Origin: Candidatus Micrarchaeota archaeon
GTDB taxonomy: Archaea; Micrarchaeota; Micrarchaeia; Anstonellales; Bilamarchaeaceae
Direction: 5' to 3'
DNA: 64,000 bases
Assembly (NCBI GenBank): GCA_040753215.1
Contig: JBFMEZ010000025.1
Coordinates: forward strand, 5,528-69,527
Below are positions 54,035 to 63,996 of this stretch, in pieces. A program made the translations under genes and the position numbers. Position 1 is the stretch's first letter. Each line of letters begins with the position of its first letter. The notes under the pieces are model-generated. The model was not told the DNA's origin and ran no database searches. It worked only from the letters and a program-made list of their open reading frames with translations.

Positions 54035-56965
54035 ATGGGGGGAGCACGCCGTATAGAGGTCAGGCCGAAGGGCGCACTGCGCGACCCGCGCTCAGCTTCG
54101 CTGGCGAAGGAGGCGGAGGAGCTTTCCAGAACGAAAGTCTCTGATTTTGCGATAGTAAAGGCGTACAATATAGATGGCGGGCTGGATGACGCGGAGATGG
54201 AGAAGCTGGGGAAGGAGCTCTTCGCGGACCCGGTAACCGAGGAGTTTTCGTACAGGGAGCCGTTCTACGGCGGTTACTGGCGCATTGAGGTGGGCTTCCT
54301 GCCGGGAATGACCGACAACGAGGGGAATACGAGCAGGCAGGGGATAAGGGACGTGCTCGGGAAGGATGCGGACGTCTATGCATCGCGCGTTTATGCGATA
54401 AAGGCGGATTTTGAAGACGATGCAGTGCTCGGCGAGATTGCCAGGAGGATGCTCGCAAACGAGGTGATACAGGCGTGGAAAGTGTACGAGCCGGAGAGCG
54501 GCAGCTTCGAGCCGTACATACCGAAGGTCGAGCTAGACCATGCCCCGGTCGCGGAAGAAATCGACCTCCAGGTCTCAGACGAGCACCTGATGCGCCTGAG
54601 CAGGGAGAGGACGCTCGCCCTCTCGCTGGAAGAGATGCGGGCGATAAAGGCGCACTTCTCAAAGGCGGGTGTCGCGAAGGAGAGGGAGAAGGTCGGGCTC
54701 GGGAAGGGCGTGACCGATGTGGAGCTGGAGGCGCTCGCGCAGTCGTGGAGCGAGCACTGCAAGCACAAGATATTCAACGCGAGGATACGCTACTCGGAGG
54801 AGGGGGAAGGGGCGGAGGGGGAGGAGATAGATTCCATATTCAGCACTTACATAAAGGCGGCAACAGACGAGGTGAGGAAGCCGTATGTGGTTTCGGTCTT
54901 CAGGGACAACGGGGGGATAATAAAGTTCGACCCGGAGAACGACATCGCGGTGAAGGTGGAAACGCACAATGCGCCTTCTGCCCTCGACCCTTATGGCGGA
55001 GCCCTGACCGGCATCCTTGGCGTGAACAGGGACGTGCTCGGAACAGGGCTGGGCGCAAAGCCAATCGCAAACATCAACGTGCTCTGCTTCGGGTTCCTTG
55101 ACGAGAAAGACGTGCCTAACGGATGCCTGCACCCGAAGAGGATTGCGAAGGGCGTGGTCAGGGGCATAGAGCACGGGGGGAACATGGTGGGCATCCCGAC
55201 CGTTAACGGTTCCGTAGTGTTCGAGAAGTGCTATGCGGCGAGGCCGCTCGTGTACGCGGGAACGGTCGGGCTTATGCCCCACGTGGTCGGGGAGCGGGAG
55301 ACCGCCCGCAAGGAGATAAGGCCCGGGTACCTCGCGGTGATGGCCGGGGGCAGGATAGGGAAGGACGGGATACACGGCGCGACGTTCTCGTCCCAGCAGC
55401 TCACGACCGGGCTTTCGGGGAGCGTGGTGCAGATAGGCGACCCGATAACCCAGAAGAAGGTCATAGACATGGTCCTCGAGGCGAGGGACCTGCGGCTCTA
55501 CGAGGCGGTCACGGACAACGGGGCCGGCGGGCTTTCTTCAAGCGTGGGCGAGCTTGCCCAGCTCAGCGGGGGCTGCGAGATATACCTCGACAAGTGCCCG
55601 CTGAAATACCCCGGGCTGGACCCGTGGGAGATACTGCTCTCGGAATCGCAGGAGAGGATGACCCTTGCGGTTCCTCCAGAAAAGCTCGATGAGATAATGA
55701 AGGTGGCGAAGAAACATGATGTCGAGGCGGCCGTTGTCGGGAAGTTCACGGATTCAGGGAAATTCCACGCGCTGTTTGGGAAGAGCACCGTTGCCTACCT
55801 TGGCATGGATTTCCTGCACGGCGGCGCGCCGCAGATGAGGCTCAAGGCAGTATGGAAGAAGAGGATGCTGAACCCTCCGGACAGGCCGCGGCTCGGGCAC
55901 GGCGAGGCGCTGAGGGCGCTACTCGCCTCCCCGAACATCGCATCAAAATGGTGGGTGATAAGGCAGTACGACCACGAGGTGCAGGGAGGGAGCGCGATAA
56001 AGCCGCTCATGTACAACGATGCGCCATCCGACGCCGGGGTTATAAGGCCAATCCTGGAGAGGAAGGACGGGATTGTGGTAGCCCACGGAATATGCCCGCG
56101 CTATATAGAAGATGCGTACTGGATGGCTGCAAATGCGGTGGATGAGGCGGTGAGGAACGCGGCCGCGGCCGGAGCCAAATTCGGCTACCTTGCATGCCTA
56201 GACAACTTCTCATGGCCCGACCCGGTAAAGGGGCCCAGGAACCCGGACGGGGACTTCAAGCTGGCGCAGCTCGTGCGCGCTGCGAGAGGGATGCACGACG
56301 CCGCGGTCGCATACGGCATTCCGATAATATCCGGGAAGGACAGCATGAAGAACGACTATTTCGCAGGAGAGGAGAAGTACTCAATAAACCCGACGCTGCT
56401 CGTCACCGTGGTGGGGAGGATTGATGATGTTTCTTCCGCGGTAAGCTCCGACTTCAAGGAAACGGGCGACCTGGTCTATCTGCTCGGGACAACCAGGGAC
56501 GAGATGGGGGGGAGCGAGTACAACAAGCTGCACGGCGGCGTGGGCGGAGGCATGCCCCGCGTTGATTTTAAGGAAAACGCGCCGCTTTACGCCGCGCTCT
56601 CCAGGGCCCTGGAGAAGGGGCTGGTGAAGAGCGCGCACGATGTTTCAGACGGAGGGGTTGCGGCCGCTTTCGCGGAATGCGCGATGGGCGGCGCTGTGGG
56701 GGCTGAGCTTGACCTGTCGCTGGCCGCCAGAGAGACTGATGACGAGGTGGCCCTGCTCTTCTCGGAAAGCGCGGGCAGGTTTATAGTGAGCGTCGCTGAA
56801 AAGGACGCGTTCAGGTTTGAGAAGATGATGTTCGGCACAAAAACCAGGAAGGTTGGCAGGGTGCGCGGGGACAAGCGGGTGGTGCTCCGCTACAGGGACA
56901 ACACGCTCGTGAACGAGGACGTCTTCGCGCTGCGAGACATCTGGAACGGGGGGCTGAAATGGTGA
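54035..56965 (+). CDS. purL: phosphoribosylformylglycinamidine synthase, PurS-PurL fusion (FGAM synthase II with N-terminal PurS-like domains)
   Basis: PurL blocks (SWSEHCKHKIFN, VETHNAPSALDPYGGA, AIRE-like domains duplicated) preceded by about 170 aa resembling PurS (RIEVRPKGALRDPRSASLAKE). 976 aa versus about 720 for stand-alone archaeal PurL. Confidence 0.9.
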   Translation: MGGARRIEVRPKGALRDPRSASLAKEAEELSRTKVSDFAIVKAYNIDGGLDDAEMEKLGKELFADPVTEEFSYREPFYGGYWRIEVGFLPGMTDNEGNTSRQGIRDVLGKDADVYASRVYAIKADFEDDAVLGEIARRMLANEVIQAWKVYEPESGSFEPYIPKVELDHAPVAEEIDLQVSDEHLMRLSRERTLALSLEEMRAIKAHFSKAGVAKEREKVGLGKGVTDVELEALAQSWSEHCKHKIFNARIRYSEEGEGAEGEEIDSIFSTYIKAATDEVRKPYVVSVFRDNGGIIKFDPENDIAVKVETHNAPSALDPYGGALTGILGVNRDVLGTGLGAKPIANINVLCFGFLDEKDVPNGCLHPKRIAKGVVRGIEHGGNMVGIPTVNGSVVFEKCYAARPLVYAGTVGLMPHVVGERETARKEIRPGYLAVMAGGRIGKDGIHGATFSSQQLTTGLSGSVVQIGDPITQKKVIDMVLEARDLRLYEAVTDNGAGGLSSSVGELAQLSGGCEIYLDKCPLKYPGLDPWEILLSESQERMTLAVPPEKLDEIMKVAKKHDVEAAVVGKFTDSGKFHALFGKSTVAYLGMDFLHGGAPQMRLKAVWKKRMLNPPDRPRLGHGEALRALLASPNIASKWWVIRQYDHEVQGGSAIKPLMYNDAPSDAGVIRPILERKDGIVVAHGICPRYIEDAYWMAANAVDEAVRNAAAAGAKFGYLACLDNFSWPDPVKGPRNPDGDFKLAQLVRAARGMHDAAVAYGIPIISGKDSMKNDYFAGEEKYSINPTLLVTVVGRIDDVSSAVSSDFKETGDLVYLLGTTRDEMGGSEYNKLHGGVGGGMPRVDFKENAPLYAALSRALEKGLVKSAHDVSDGGVAAAFAECAMGGAVGAELDLSLAARETDDEVALLFSESAGRFIVSVAEKDAFRFEKMMFGTKTRKVGRVRGDKRVVLRYRDNTLVNEDVFALRDIWNGGLKW

Positions 56966-57735
56966 AGGCGAACGCGCTCGTGCTGGACGGGTACGGGATA
57001 AACTGCCCGCATGAGACCGCATACGCGGTGAGGGCTTCCGGCGGCGCTGCGGAGATACGGCACGTGGGCGAGCTCGCCGGGAACCCCGGCATGCTGGGCG
57101 CCTACAACATGGTTGTTTTTCCGGGCGGGTTCTCGTTCGGAGACGACATAGCTTCGGCAAGGGTGCTGGCGAACAGGCTGAAATACCGGGCAAAGGATGA
57201 GCTGCGGGGATTCGTTTCAGACGGCAAGCTCGTGCTCGGGATATGCAACGGGTTCCAGGCGCTGGTTAAGATGGGGCTGCTGCCGAAGCCGGATTTCGTG
57301 CAGAGGGTTACGCTGACCTACAACGCTTCCGGGAAATTCGAGGACAGGTGGGTCAGGCTCAGGATGAACCAGAAGAGCCCGTGCGTATTCACAAAAGGCA
57401 TCGAATACCTCGACCTGCCGGTCAGGCACGGGGAGGGCAGGTTCATACCCGAAAGCAGGGAGGCGCTGGAAGAGATTGCGGCCGGCAACATGCTGGCGTG
57501 CCAGTACGTGGACTTCCGCGGCGAGCTGGCGGGATATCCGTACAACCCGAACGGCTCGGTTGCGAACACCGCGGGCATATGCGACCCCAGCGGCAGGATA
57601 TTCGGGTTGATGCCGCACCCCGAAGCGTTCAACCACTTCACGAACCACCCGGGATGGACAAGGGGCATTGCGAGACAGGGCGAGGGGCTGAAGATTTTCA
57701 GGAACGCGGTGGAGTACATAGAATCCAATTTATAG
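56959..57735 (+). CDS. purQ: phosphoribosylformylglycinamidine synthase glutaminase subunit
   Basis: Class I glutamine amidotransferase with GICNGFQAL (catalytic Cys) and HPE (His). Overlaps the purL end by 7 nt. Confidence 0.9.
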   Translation: MVKANALVLDGYGINCPHETAYAVRASGGAAEIRHVGELAGNPGMLGAYNMVVFPGGFSFGDDIASARVLANRLKYRAKDELRGFVSDGKLVLGICNGFQALVKMGLLPKPDFVQRVTLTYNASGKFEDRWVRLRMNQKSPCVFTKGIEYLDLPVRHGEGRFIPESREALEEIAAGNMLACQYVDFRGELAGYPYNPNGSVANTAGICDPSGRIFGLMPHPEAFNHFTNHPGWTRGIARQGEGLKIFRNAVEYIESNL

Positions 57736-57743
57736 GTGACTTA

Positions 57744-58223
57744 TTGAGGAGGCTCAAGACCTTCAGGGTTTCCGGGAAGAACTCCCTCAACCATTGGACG
57801 AGATTCAGGAATCCTTTGATGGTAGCGTATAATTTCCTGCTGGTGGAGGCATCGAGGTACGCGCCCTCCCTGGCGCTGAAGCGCTTCCTGCTGCGCATGA
57901 CCGGGATGAAGGTTGGCAGGGACGCGGCCGTCGGCCTGATGGCCATGTTTGACATATTCTATCCGGAGTTCATAGAGCTCGGCGACAACTGCATAATAGG
58001 ATACAACGCGACAATCCTGGCGCACGAGTTCCTGAGGGACGAGCTGCGCACCGGGAAGACCGCAATCGGGAGGGGCGCGATGGTCGGCGCGAATGCGACC
58101 GTGCTCGCTGGCGTAAATGTCGGGGAAGGGGCGGCGGTTTCGGCGATGACGCTGGTTGACCGGGACGTGCCCGCCGGCTCGTTCGCAAAAGGAAACCCGA
58201 TGAGGATAACCGGGCGCGGATGA
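57744..58223 (+). CDS. hexapeptide-repeat (left-handed beta-helix) acyl/acetyltransferase
   Basis: Repeated [LIV]GxxxxI hexapeptides (IGDNCIIGYNATILAHE..IGRGAMVGANATVLAGVNVGEGAAV). Probable TTG start at 57744 with GGTGA 8 nt upstream; the first in-frame ATG is at 57820. Confidence 0.6.
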   Translation: MRRLKTFRVSGKNSLNHWTRFRNPLMVAYNFLLVEASRYAPSLALKRFLLRMTGMKVGRDAAVGLMAMFDIFYPEFIELGDNCIIGYNATILAHEFLRDELRTGKTAIGRGAMVGANATVLAGVNVGEGAAVSAMTLVDRDVPAGSFAKGNPMRITGRG

Positions 58224-58270
58224 ATAATCTTTTATAATTAGGCATACCTGTTGAAACAGCTGGTGATGGG

Positions 58271-59740
58271 ATGAAGGTAGAATTCCTGAGAAAGGACTTT
58301 GGTGTGGTTTCTGCCGACGCCCTTGCGGTGCCTTGCTTCAGGGGGAGGATCCCGAAATGGGTGCACGAGGAGATGGAACGCGCGGGCGTGGCAGGGGATT
58401 TCAGCGGGGAAAAGGGGAAGACTTATGCGATTCCGGCAAAGGGAAAGCCGTACAGGCGGCTCATCCTTGTCGGGCTGGGGAGGGAGAAGAGCATAGAGCT
58501 GGATGAATTCCGGCTGGCCGCTGCGAAGATACTGAAAACCGCGAAGAACATGCGGCTGAAAAACATCGCGGTGTGGCTGGACTTTGACGGCGCAACCAGG
58601 CATTCGGAAAAAGACGTGGCCGCCGCAACCGCGGAAGGCATGCTGCTCTCCGGCCTGAGGCTCGAGCCGTATAAGAAAAAGAAGAAAGATGAGCGCGCGG
58701 TCGAGCGGGCGGTGCTCGTCTCAAGGACTGACCTTTCGGAAGCTGTGCGGGAAGGGAGGGTGCTGGCCGAATCGCAGAATTACGCGCGGCTTGTCGCCGT
58801 TGAGCCCGCGAACATAATGACACCGAAAAAGCTCGCCGGGGTTGCGCACGACTTAGCAAAGAAATACGGGCTCGCCTTCCGTGCGATTGGGAGCTCCGGG
58901 ATGGAGAAAATGGGCATGAACGGGATACTCGCCGTGGCGAGGGGGAGCGCTCAGGAGCCTGTGCTGGTCGAATTGCGGTATAATGGGGGCAGGAACCTGC
59001 CGCACGTGGTGCTCGTAGGCAAGGGCCTGACATTTGACAGCGGCGGCATCAGCATAAAGCCGGCGAAGGGGATGGAAACGATGAAGTTCGACAAGTGCGG
59101 GGCGGTCGTGATGCTTGGCGTCGTGAGGGCCGCCGCAGAGATGAAGCTTCCGCTGAGGATAACGGCACTGGTGCCGGCAACGGAAAACATGCCGAGCGGA
59201 AGCGCCACCAAGCCCGGCGACATTGTGCGGATGTATAATGGAAAAACCGTTGAGATACTCAACACGGACGCGGAGGGCCGGCTCGTCCTCGGGGATGCGC
59301 TTGCCTATGCCGCCGAGGCAGAACCAGACCTGATAATAGATGCGGCGACGCTGACCGGTGCGGTGCTGATCGTGCTGGGGAAGCATGGCATAGGGATGCT
59401 GGGGACAGACGACGGCGCGATGAAGCTGATGTACGATTGCGGGATGGAAACGAATGAGCGTGTATGGGGGCTGCCGCTATGGAAGGAGTATTCCGAAATG
59501 ATGAAGGGGGACTACGCGGACCTTAAGAACATCGGCAGCGAAACGGGAGAGGCGGGGACCATAACCGCGGCCGCGTTCCTGAAGGAATTTGTAGGCAAGA
59601 CTCCGTGGGTGCATCTCGATGTCGCTGGCGTCGAGTGGGTTGATAGCGAAGGGGGGTACTTCTGCAAGGGCCCCACGGGAAAGGGCGTCAGGCTGCTTGC
59701 CACCTTCCTGAAAGATTGGGCCAAGGCAAGGAAAAGGTAG
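58271..59740 (+). CDS. pepA: leucyl aminopeptidase (M17 family)
   Basis: NTDAEGRLVLGDAL and VGKGLTFDSGG signatures of the M17 dinuclear-metal site. 489 aa. Confidence 0.85.
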   Translation: MKVEFLRKDFGVVSADALAVPCFRGRIPKWVHEEMERAGVAGDFSGEKGKTYAIPAKGKPYRRLILVGLGREKSIELDEFRLAAAKILKTAKNMRLKNIAVWLDFDGATRHSEKDVAAATAEGMLLSGLRLEPYKKKKKDERAVERAVLVSRTDLSEAVREGRVLAESQNYARLVAVEPANIMTPKKLAGVAHDLAKKYGLAFRAIGSSGMEKMGMNGILAVARGSAQEPVLVELRYNGGRNLPHVVLVGKGLTFDSGGISIKPAKGMETMKFDKCGAVVMLGVVRAAAEMKLPLRITALVPATENMPSGSATKPGDIVRMYNGKTVEILNTDAEGRLVLGDALAYAAEAEPDLIIDAATLTGAVLIVLGKHGIGMLGTDDGAMKLMYDCGMETNERVWGLPLWKEYSEMMKGDYADLKNIGSETGEAGTITAAAFLKEFVGKTPWVHLDVAGVEWVDSEGGYFCKGPTGKGVRLLATFLKDWAKARKR

Positions 59741-59758
59741 GGAGACCCCCCACTTCCA

Positions 59759-59992
59759 CTATTCCAGCCTCTCTATCTGCCTGCAGCGTATCTTATACAC
59801 AACGCAGAATTTCGTGTACTCTTTGAAGAACCTGTCTACGGGCCGTTCCATATTTTTCGGGACTACGATTACTGACTTTGTTTTCCAGTAAAACCTGCCC
59901 AGGCCGTTTCTGTGCAGATTGTAGTAAAACACCCTTTTGAGGCGGTTGTAGTTCCTGACGCTGGATTTGAGGTCATAGAGATAGACAATCAT
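59759..59992 (-). CDS. small hypothetical protein (77 aa)
   Basis: MIVYLYDL...R.KRV...G.GR...SV gives a faint Cas2/ferredoxin-like-fold flavour, but the Cas2 signature is incomplete. Confidence 0.3.
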   Translation of the reverse strand: MIVYLYDLKSSVRNYNRLKRVFYYNLHRNGLGRFYWKTKSVIVVPKNMERPVDRFFKEYTKFCVVYKIRCRQIERLE

Positions 59993-60124
59993 CGAATCAC
60001 TATGTAACCATGGTTACAATATAATTAAATACCCATCGCCAAGCATAAGAGTATAATGCGGATTAGTGGAAACACACCCTCTCCACACCTCCTTCTTTTA
60101 ATCTCTTTACCTCAATATTAACTC

Positions 60125-61597
60125 ATGAATCTGGAGCCCCGGGCCTACCAGGCGCAGATAATCGATTCCGTAAAGAGGAACGGCAACACCCTCGTGGTCC
60201 TCCCAACCGGCCTTGGCAAAACCCTGATCGCGCTTTCATTGATGGAAAAAACCATTTCAGAAGGCGGGAATGCGCTGTTTCTCACACCAACAAAACCACT
60301 CGCAAGGCAGCACGCCGCAACCATACAAAACACACTCGATCTCGCCCAAAGCGACGTTGCATTTGTTACCGGCGAAATACCCGGCCATAAGAGGCAGGCA
60401 CTGTACTCTTCGAAAATATGCGTCTCCACCCCACAGACGATTAGAAACGACATCAGAAGCATGGTCTACCCCGCAAACAATACAAAATTTGTTGTCTTTG
60501 ACGAGGCGCACCGCGCTGTCGGGGGCTACGCTTATGTGGAAATCGCCGGCAGCATGCCAGAAGGATGCCTCTTTCTGGCCCTCACCGCTTCCCCGGGCGG
60601 CGACCTGGCCAGAATAAGGGAGGTGCTGTCCAACCTTAGGATAAGGAACATAGAGATACGGACCGAATCCGATGAGGACGTAAGGCCTTTCGTGAAAAAC
60701 CTGGCGCACAATTGGATATCCGTGGAACTTTCCCCGCGGATGAGGGAAGCAGATTCCATACTCTCGTCCCTTGCGGATGCGTACGCACAGAGACTGGCGC
60801 GCTCGTTCGCGAAGCCCCCGGTTATCTCCAAGCGGCAGTTTGTGCTTTACGGCCAGCGCCTCAGGGCCATGAGGCACCCGGCAAAATATACTCTGTTGTC
60901 GCACTATTACACACTACTTCATATAATACATATGCAGGAGCTCATGCAGACGCAGGGGCCGTACCCGTTCCTTTCCTACCTCCAAAAACTGGAAAACTCA
61001 AGCTCAAAATCAGCAAAGATTCTGGCGAAAAGCCAGGCGCTCTCGAGGGCAAAGCAGCTCCTGCTGGAAGCCGGCGACCACCCCAAGACAGAGAGGCTGC
61101 TGCGGCTCCTTTCCTCGCTCAGGGGGAAGAAGGTGATAGTGTTCGTGCAGTACAGGGACCAGATAAAAAGGATAAAGGAACTGCTTGACGCGCATGGCTT
61201 CTCATCCAGGATTTTTGTTGGGAAAAAGGATGGCTTCACAAGGAGAATGCAGGAAGAGACGATGGATGTATTCAGGAGGGATGGGTTCAGCATCCTGATA
61301 GCAAGCTCAATAGGTGAAGAGGGGCTGGACATACCCGCCGTGGATTCGGTGATATTCCACGAGCCGATACCCAGCGAGATACGCTCAATACAGAGAAGGG
61401 GGCGCGCGGGCAGGTTCAGGGACGGCTCTGTTTACATATTGATGGCGAAATCAACCAGGGACGAGCATTACTATTGGGCATCAAAAAAGCGCGAAATGAA
61501 GATGAAGGAGATACTTCTCTCGTTGCAGAAGGCGCTGGAAAGGAACAGGCCTGCCCTTCCCGGAAACGGTCAGTCCAAGCTAGGTTCGTTCATGTAG
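60125..61597 (+). CDS. Hef/ERCC4-type (RIG-I-like) superfamily 2 helicase, helicase module only
   Basis: Motif I LPTGLGKT, motif II VFDEAH, motif III TASP, motif VI QRRGRAGR. The inserted helical domain between the RecA lobes is typical of the Hef/FANCM family. No XPF nuclease domain. Confidence 0.7.
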   Translation: MNLEPRAYQAQIIDSVKRNGNTLVVLPTGLGKTLIALSLMEKTISEGGNALFLTPTKPLARQHAATIQNTLDLAQSDVAFVTGEIPGHKRQALYSSKICVSTPQTIRNDIRSMVYPANNTKFVVFDEAHRAVGGYAYVEIAGSMPEGCLFLALTASPGGDLARIREVLSNLRIRNIEIRTESDEDVRPFVKNLAHNWISVELSPRMREADSILSSLADAYAQRLARSFAKPPVISKRQFVLYGQRLRAMRHPAKYTLLSHYYTLLHIIHMQELMQTQGPYPFLSYLQKLENSSSKSAKILAKSQALSRAKQLLLEAGDHPKTERLLRLLSSLRGKKVIVFVQYRDQIKRIKELLDAHGFSSRIFVGKKDGFTRRMQEETMDVFRRDGFSILIASSIGEEGLDIPAVDSVIFHEPIPSEIRSIQRRGRAGRFRDGSVYILMAKSTRDEHYYWASKKREMKMKEILLSLQKALERNRPALPGNGQSKLGSFM

Positions 61598-63996
61598 TCT
61601 GCTTTTTTCAGCCGCCTCAGCTGGTGCTGCCCGCCTTTTGGCAGCCCCGGCCCTGCCTTTCCGAGAAGCAGGAACAGCACAACCCCTATCACAAGCAGCG
61701 CGGTCACGCCAAGCACGAGGATGCCGTCGTCCCCGCCGCCGCTTTCCCGCAGGGCTTCCAGCGCATTCTCATAGGCGAGTATCGCCTTTGCGTACTGTTT
61801 CCGTTCGTAATAGTCTTCAGCCATCCGGATTGCTTCGTCCATTCCCGCCCGCCCGCTTTCATCCATCCCTCCCCTGCTCTCTTCGTACAGCTCTCTAACC
61901 GACGCCCCAAGCCGCGCCCCCTCGCCTTCCAGAAATCCTATCACGCCATTCATCTCTCCGTTCAGGGCCGAAACCTCACCCATCGCCTCCCCCACATCAG
62001 CGCTTCCTGAAAGCGCATCGAGCCTGCCTTCGATCCACGACGGGCTCTTTTCAAAAAGCGAGACAAGGCGGTGGCTCCTCGGTATCGCATCCCTCTCTTC
62101 CCTGTATTCCGCGGCTGTCTCCCTCGCCTCGCCCAGCATCCTCTCAAGCGCGCTCTCCATCTCTGCGGATGCGGCATCCTGCCTGGCCTTCACATTCTGG
62201 AGCGCGGCGTCCGCTTCCTGCAGCGCCGCAAGCGCTGCAATCCCGTCCTCAAACATCATGGTTCCTGAGAAAGCGGCGTTCTTCTCTTCCATCGAATCCA
62301 CGGCGGCGCTCAGGTTCCTGTCATCGACGCCAAGGGCCATCCACTCCTTCTTTATCCTCTTCTCCCCATCTTTCAGGTATTTCTCAATCTTCTTCAATTC
62401 CCTGCCTTCCCACCCCAGATCCACGTCCTCAAGCGGGCTCGTGGTTGCCGCCGGGCTGAGGTTTTTCGCAAGCATCTCTTCCAGATACCCCTTCCTCGCA
62501 GCCATCTCGTCCACATAGCCGCCGGTTACTCCCGCCCTCTCCGCAGCCGCAATCGCTCCCCCGAGCTCCGCGGCCTTCCTGCTTGTCTCATCCACTAGCT
62601 TCTGGTGCTTCTCAAACAGCTTCGCATTTGCCCTGCCCTCCTTCTCAATCTGCGCATCCACATCCCCAAGCGCCGCTAGTGCGCCATCATAATCCCCTGC
62701 TCCGTATAGCGCCGATGCGTTGTTGAAGTATGCCTGCGCCTGCTGGCCCAGTGTCGCGTTTTCCAGTTCGGACAGCCTGCGTTCAACATAGCCTCGCGCA
62801 TCCAGGAACTCGTACCTCACCCGGACCTTGGCCAGTCTGCCTTCCTCGAGCCCGTTTACCTCAAAGTATGCAACACCACTGGATTCCCGCTTGTTTGTTA
62901 TGCGCTCGCCGGTGTATGCGAATATGTCCATCCGCCCAGGGCTCTTGCCGCTCTCGTCCACCCATACAGGCACGTAGTCCAGGCCCATGGCCGGCATTAT
63001 ATCAATCATGTATTCCACCGTTGTTTTCGTCCCGATCGTGGTGGCAGTTTCGGTCCCTTTGCTGATCGCGTAAGCGTCAGGCACTTCGCTCACGAGGATG
63101 AAGTCATGCCTGCCGGCCGGCAGCCTTGCCGTGAGCATGCCGTTATGCAGCACGTGCCAGCTGCCATCGATGCCTGCGCGTTCAGCGTCCTCGCCTACAT
63201 AAATGGAATCCACGCCCGCGGTGCAATAGAGTTCCATGCTTTCCGTGACCTTCGCATTCCCATACACATCCCCCACCGCGCTTCTCCCATAATCCGAGGC
63301 GGTGCACGGGGTGTAATTTTTCGAGAACGCCAGCATTATCTCTTCGTGCGGGCTTATGTTGTACAGCTGTATGGTTGCGACCCCTCCCTCATACGCCACC
63401 GTGCGCACGCGCTCCCTCCCTTCCACCAGGTCCATGGTTCTCAGTTCCGCTCCGGCAGGGACACCGAATGCGATATTTTCTCCGCCAATGCCCAGCCTGT
63501 TCTTCACTTCGATAAGCAGGGCATATGCACTCTCCCCGCTGAGGCTCGCAGCGGTGGTCGTCTCATGGTAATCAACAAACAAGGCATTGCCAACGGCGCC
63601 GTTTGCCCGCTGCACGACCTCATCCCGTATGCGCGAATACGAGGATTCCATCCCCCCCAGCCCGCCGAGTCCGCACCAGTAATCCAGCCTTTCCCCCGAA
63701 TAACATTCCTCGTTCTCAAACCACGTCCTCAGAAATGCCAGCTGCTGCCCGCCCCCGTCTATTACGGAAAGAAGCTCCTTCCTCTCTTCAGGAAGCCGGC
63801 CATACATCACCTCCGCCTTTCTGAGCAGCCCTTCCCTCACCCTCATAAGTATTGATATGGAATCCGCGGGCCTCTTTTCCTCCACTATCCCGAGAAGCGC
63901 CCTCTCCATGGCGGTGTCTATCCCATCTTCTTCCGCCTTTGCGATTGCGGACCTCGTTTCAGCGAGCGCAACCGCGAATTCCGTGGAATTCTCCAT
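61570..63996 (-). CDS. large coiled-coil-rich surface-associated protein (at least 808 aa) with C-terminal TM anchor; may start beyond the window
   Basis: Long helical/coiled-coil central region, and the C-terminal ILVLGVTALLVIGVVLFLLLGKAG TM followed by a basic tail. The first Met is 4 nt from the window edge. Confidence 0.5.
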   Translation of the reverse strand: MENSTEFAVALAETRSAIAKAEEDGIDTAMERALLGIVEEKRPADSISILMRVREGLLRKAEVMYGRLPEERKELLSVIDGGGQQLAFLRTWFENEECYSGERLDYWCGLGGLGGMESSYSRIRDEVVQRANGAVGNALFVDYHETTTAASLSGESAYALLIEVKNRLGIGGENIAFGVPAGAELRTMDLVEGRERVRTVAYEGGVATIQLYNISPHEEIMLAFSKNYTPCTASDYGRSAVGDVYGNAKVTESMELYCTAGVDSIYVGEDAERAGIDGSWHVLHNGMLTARLPAGRHDFILVSEVPDAYAISKGTETATTIGTKTTVEYMIDIMPAMGLDYVPVWVDESGKSPGRMDIFAYTGERITNKRESSGVAYFEVNGLEEGRLAKVRVRYEFLDARGYVERRLSELENATLGQQAQAYFNNASALYGAGDYDGALAALGDVDAQIEKEGRANAKLFEKHQKLVDETSRKAAELGGAIAAAERAGVTGGYVDEMAARKGYLEEMLAKNLSPAATTSPLEDVDLGWEGRELKKIEKYLKDGEKRIKKEWMALGVDDRNLSAAVDSMEEKNAAFSGTMMFEDGIAALAALQEADAALQNVKARQDAASAEMESALERMLGEARETAAEYREERDAIPRSHRLVSLFEKSPSWIEGRLDALSGSADVGEAMGEVSALNGEMNGVIGFLEGEGARLGASVRELYEESRGGMDESGRAGMDEAIRMAEDYYERKQYAKAILAYENALEALRESGGGDDGILVLGVTALLVIGVVLFLLLGKAGPGLPKGGQHQLRRLKKADYMNEPSLD

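Noticed and set aside
59759-59992. Cas2-like small protein
   Set aside because: Only a faint N-terminal resemblance (hydrophobic-YDL...R.KRV). The conserved Cas2 core is incomplete, and there is no cas1 or repeat array within reach, so it is kept as a hypothetical small ORF.
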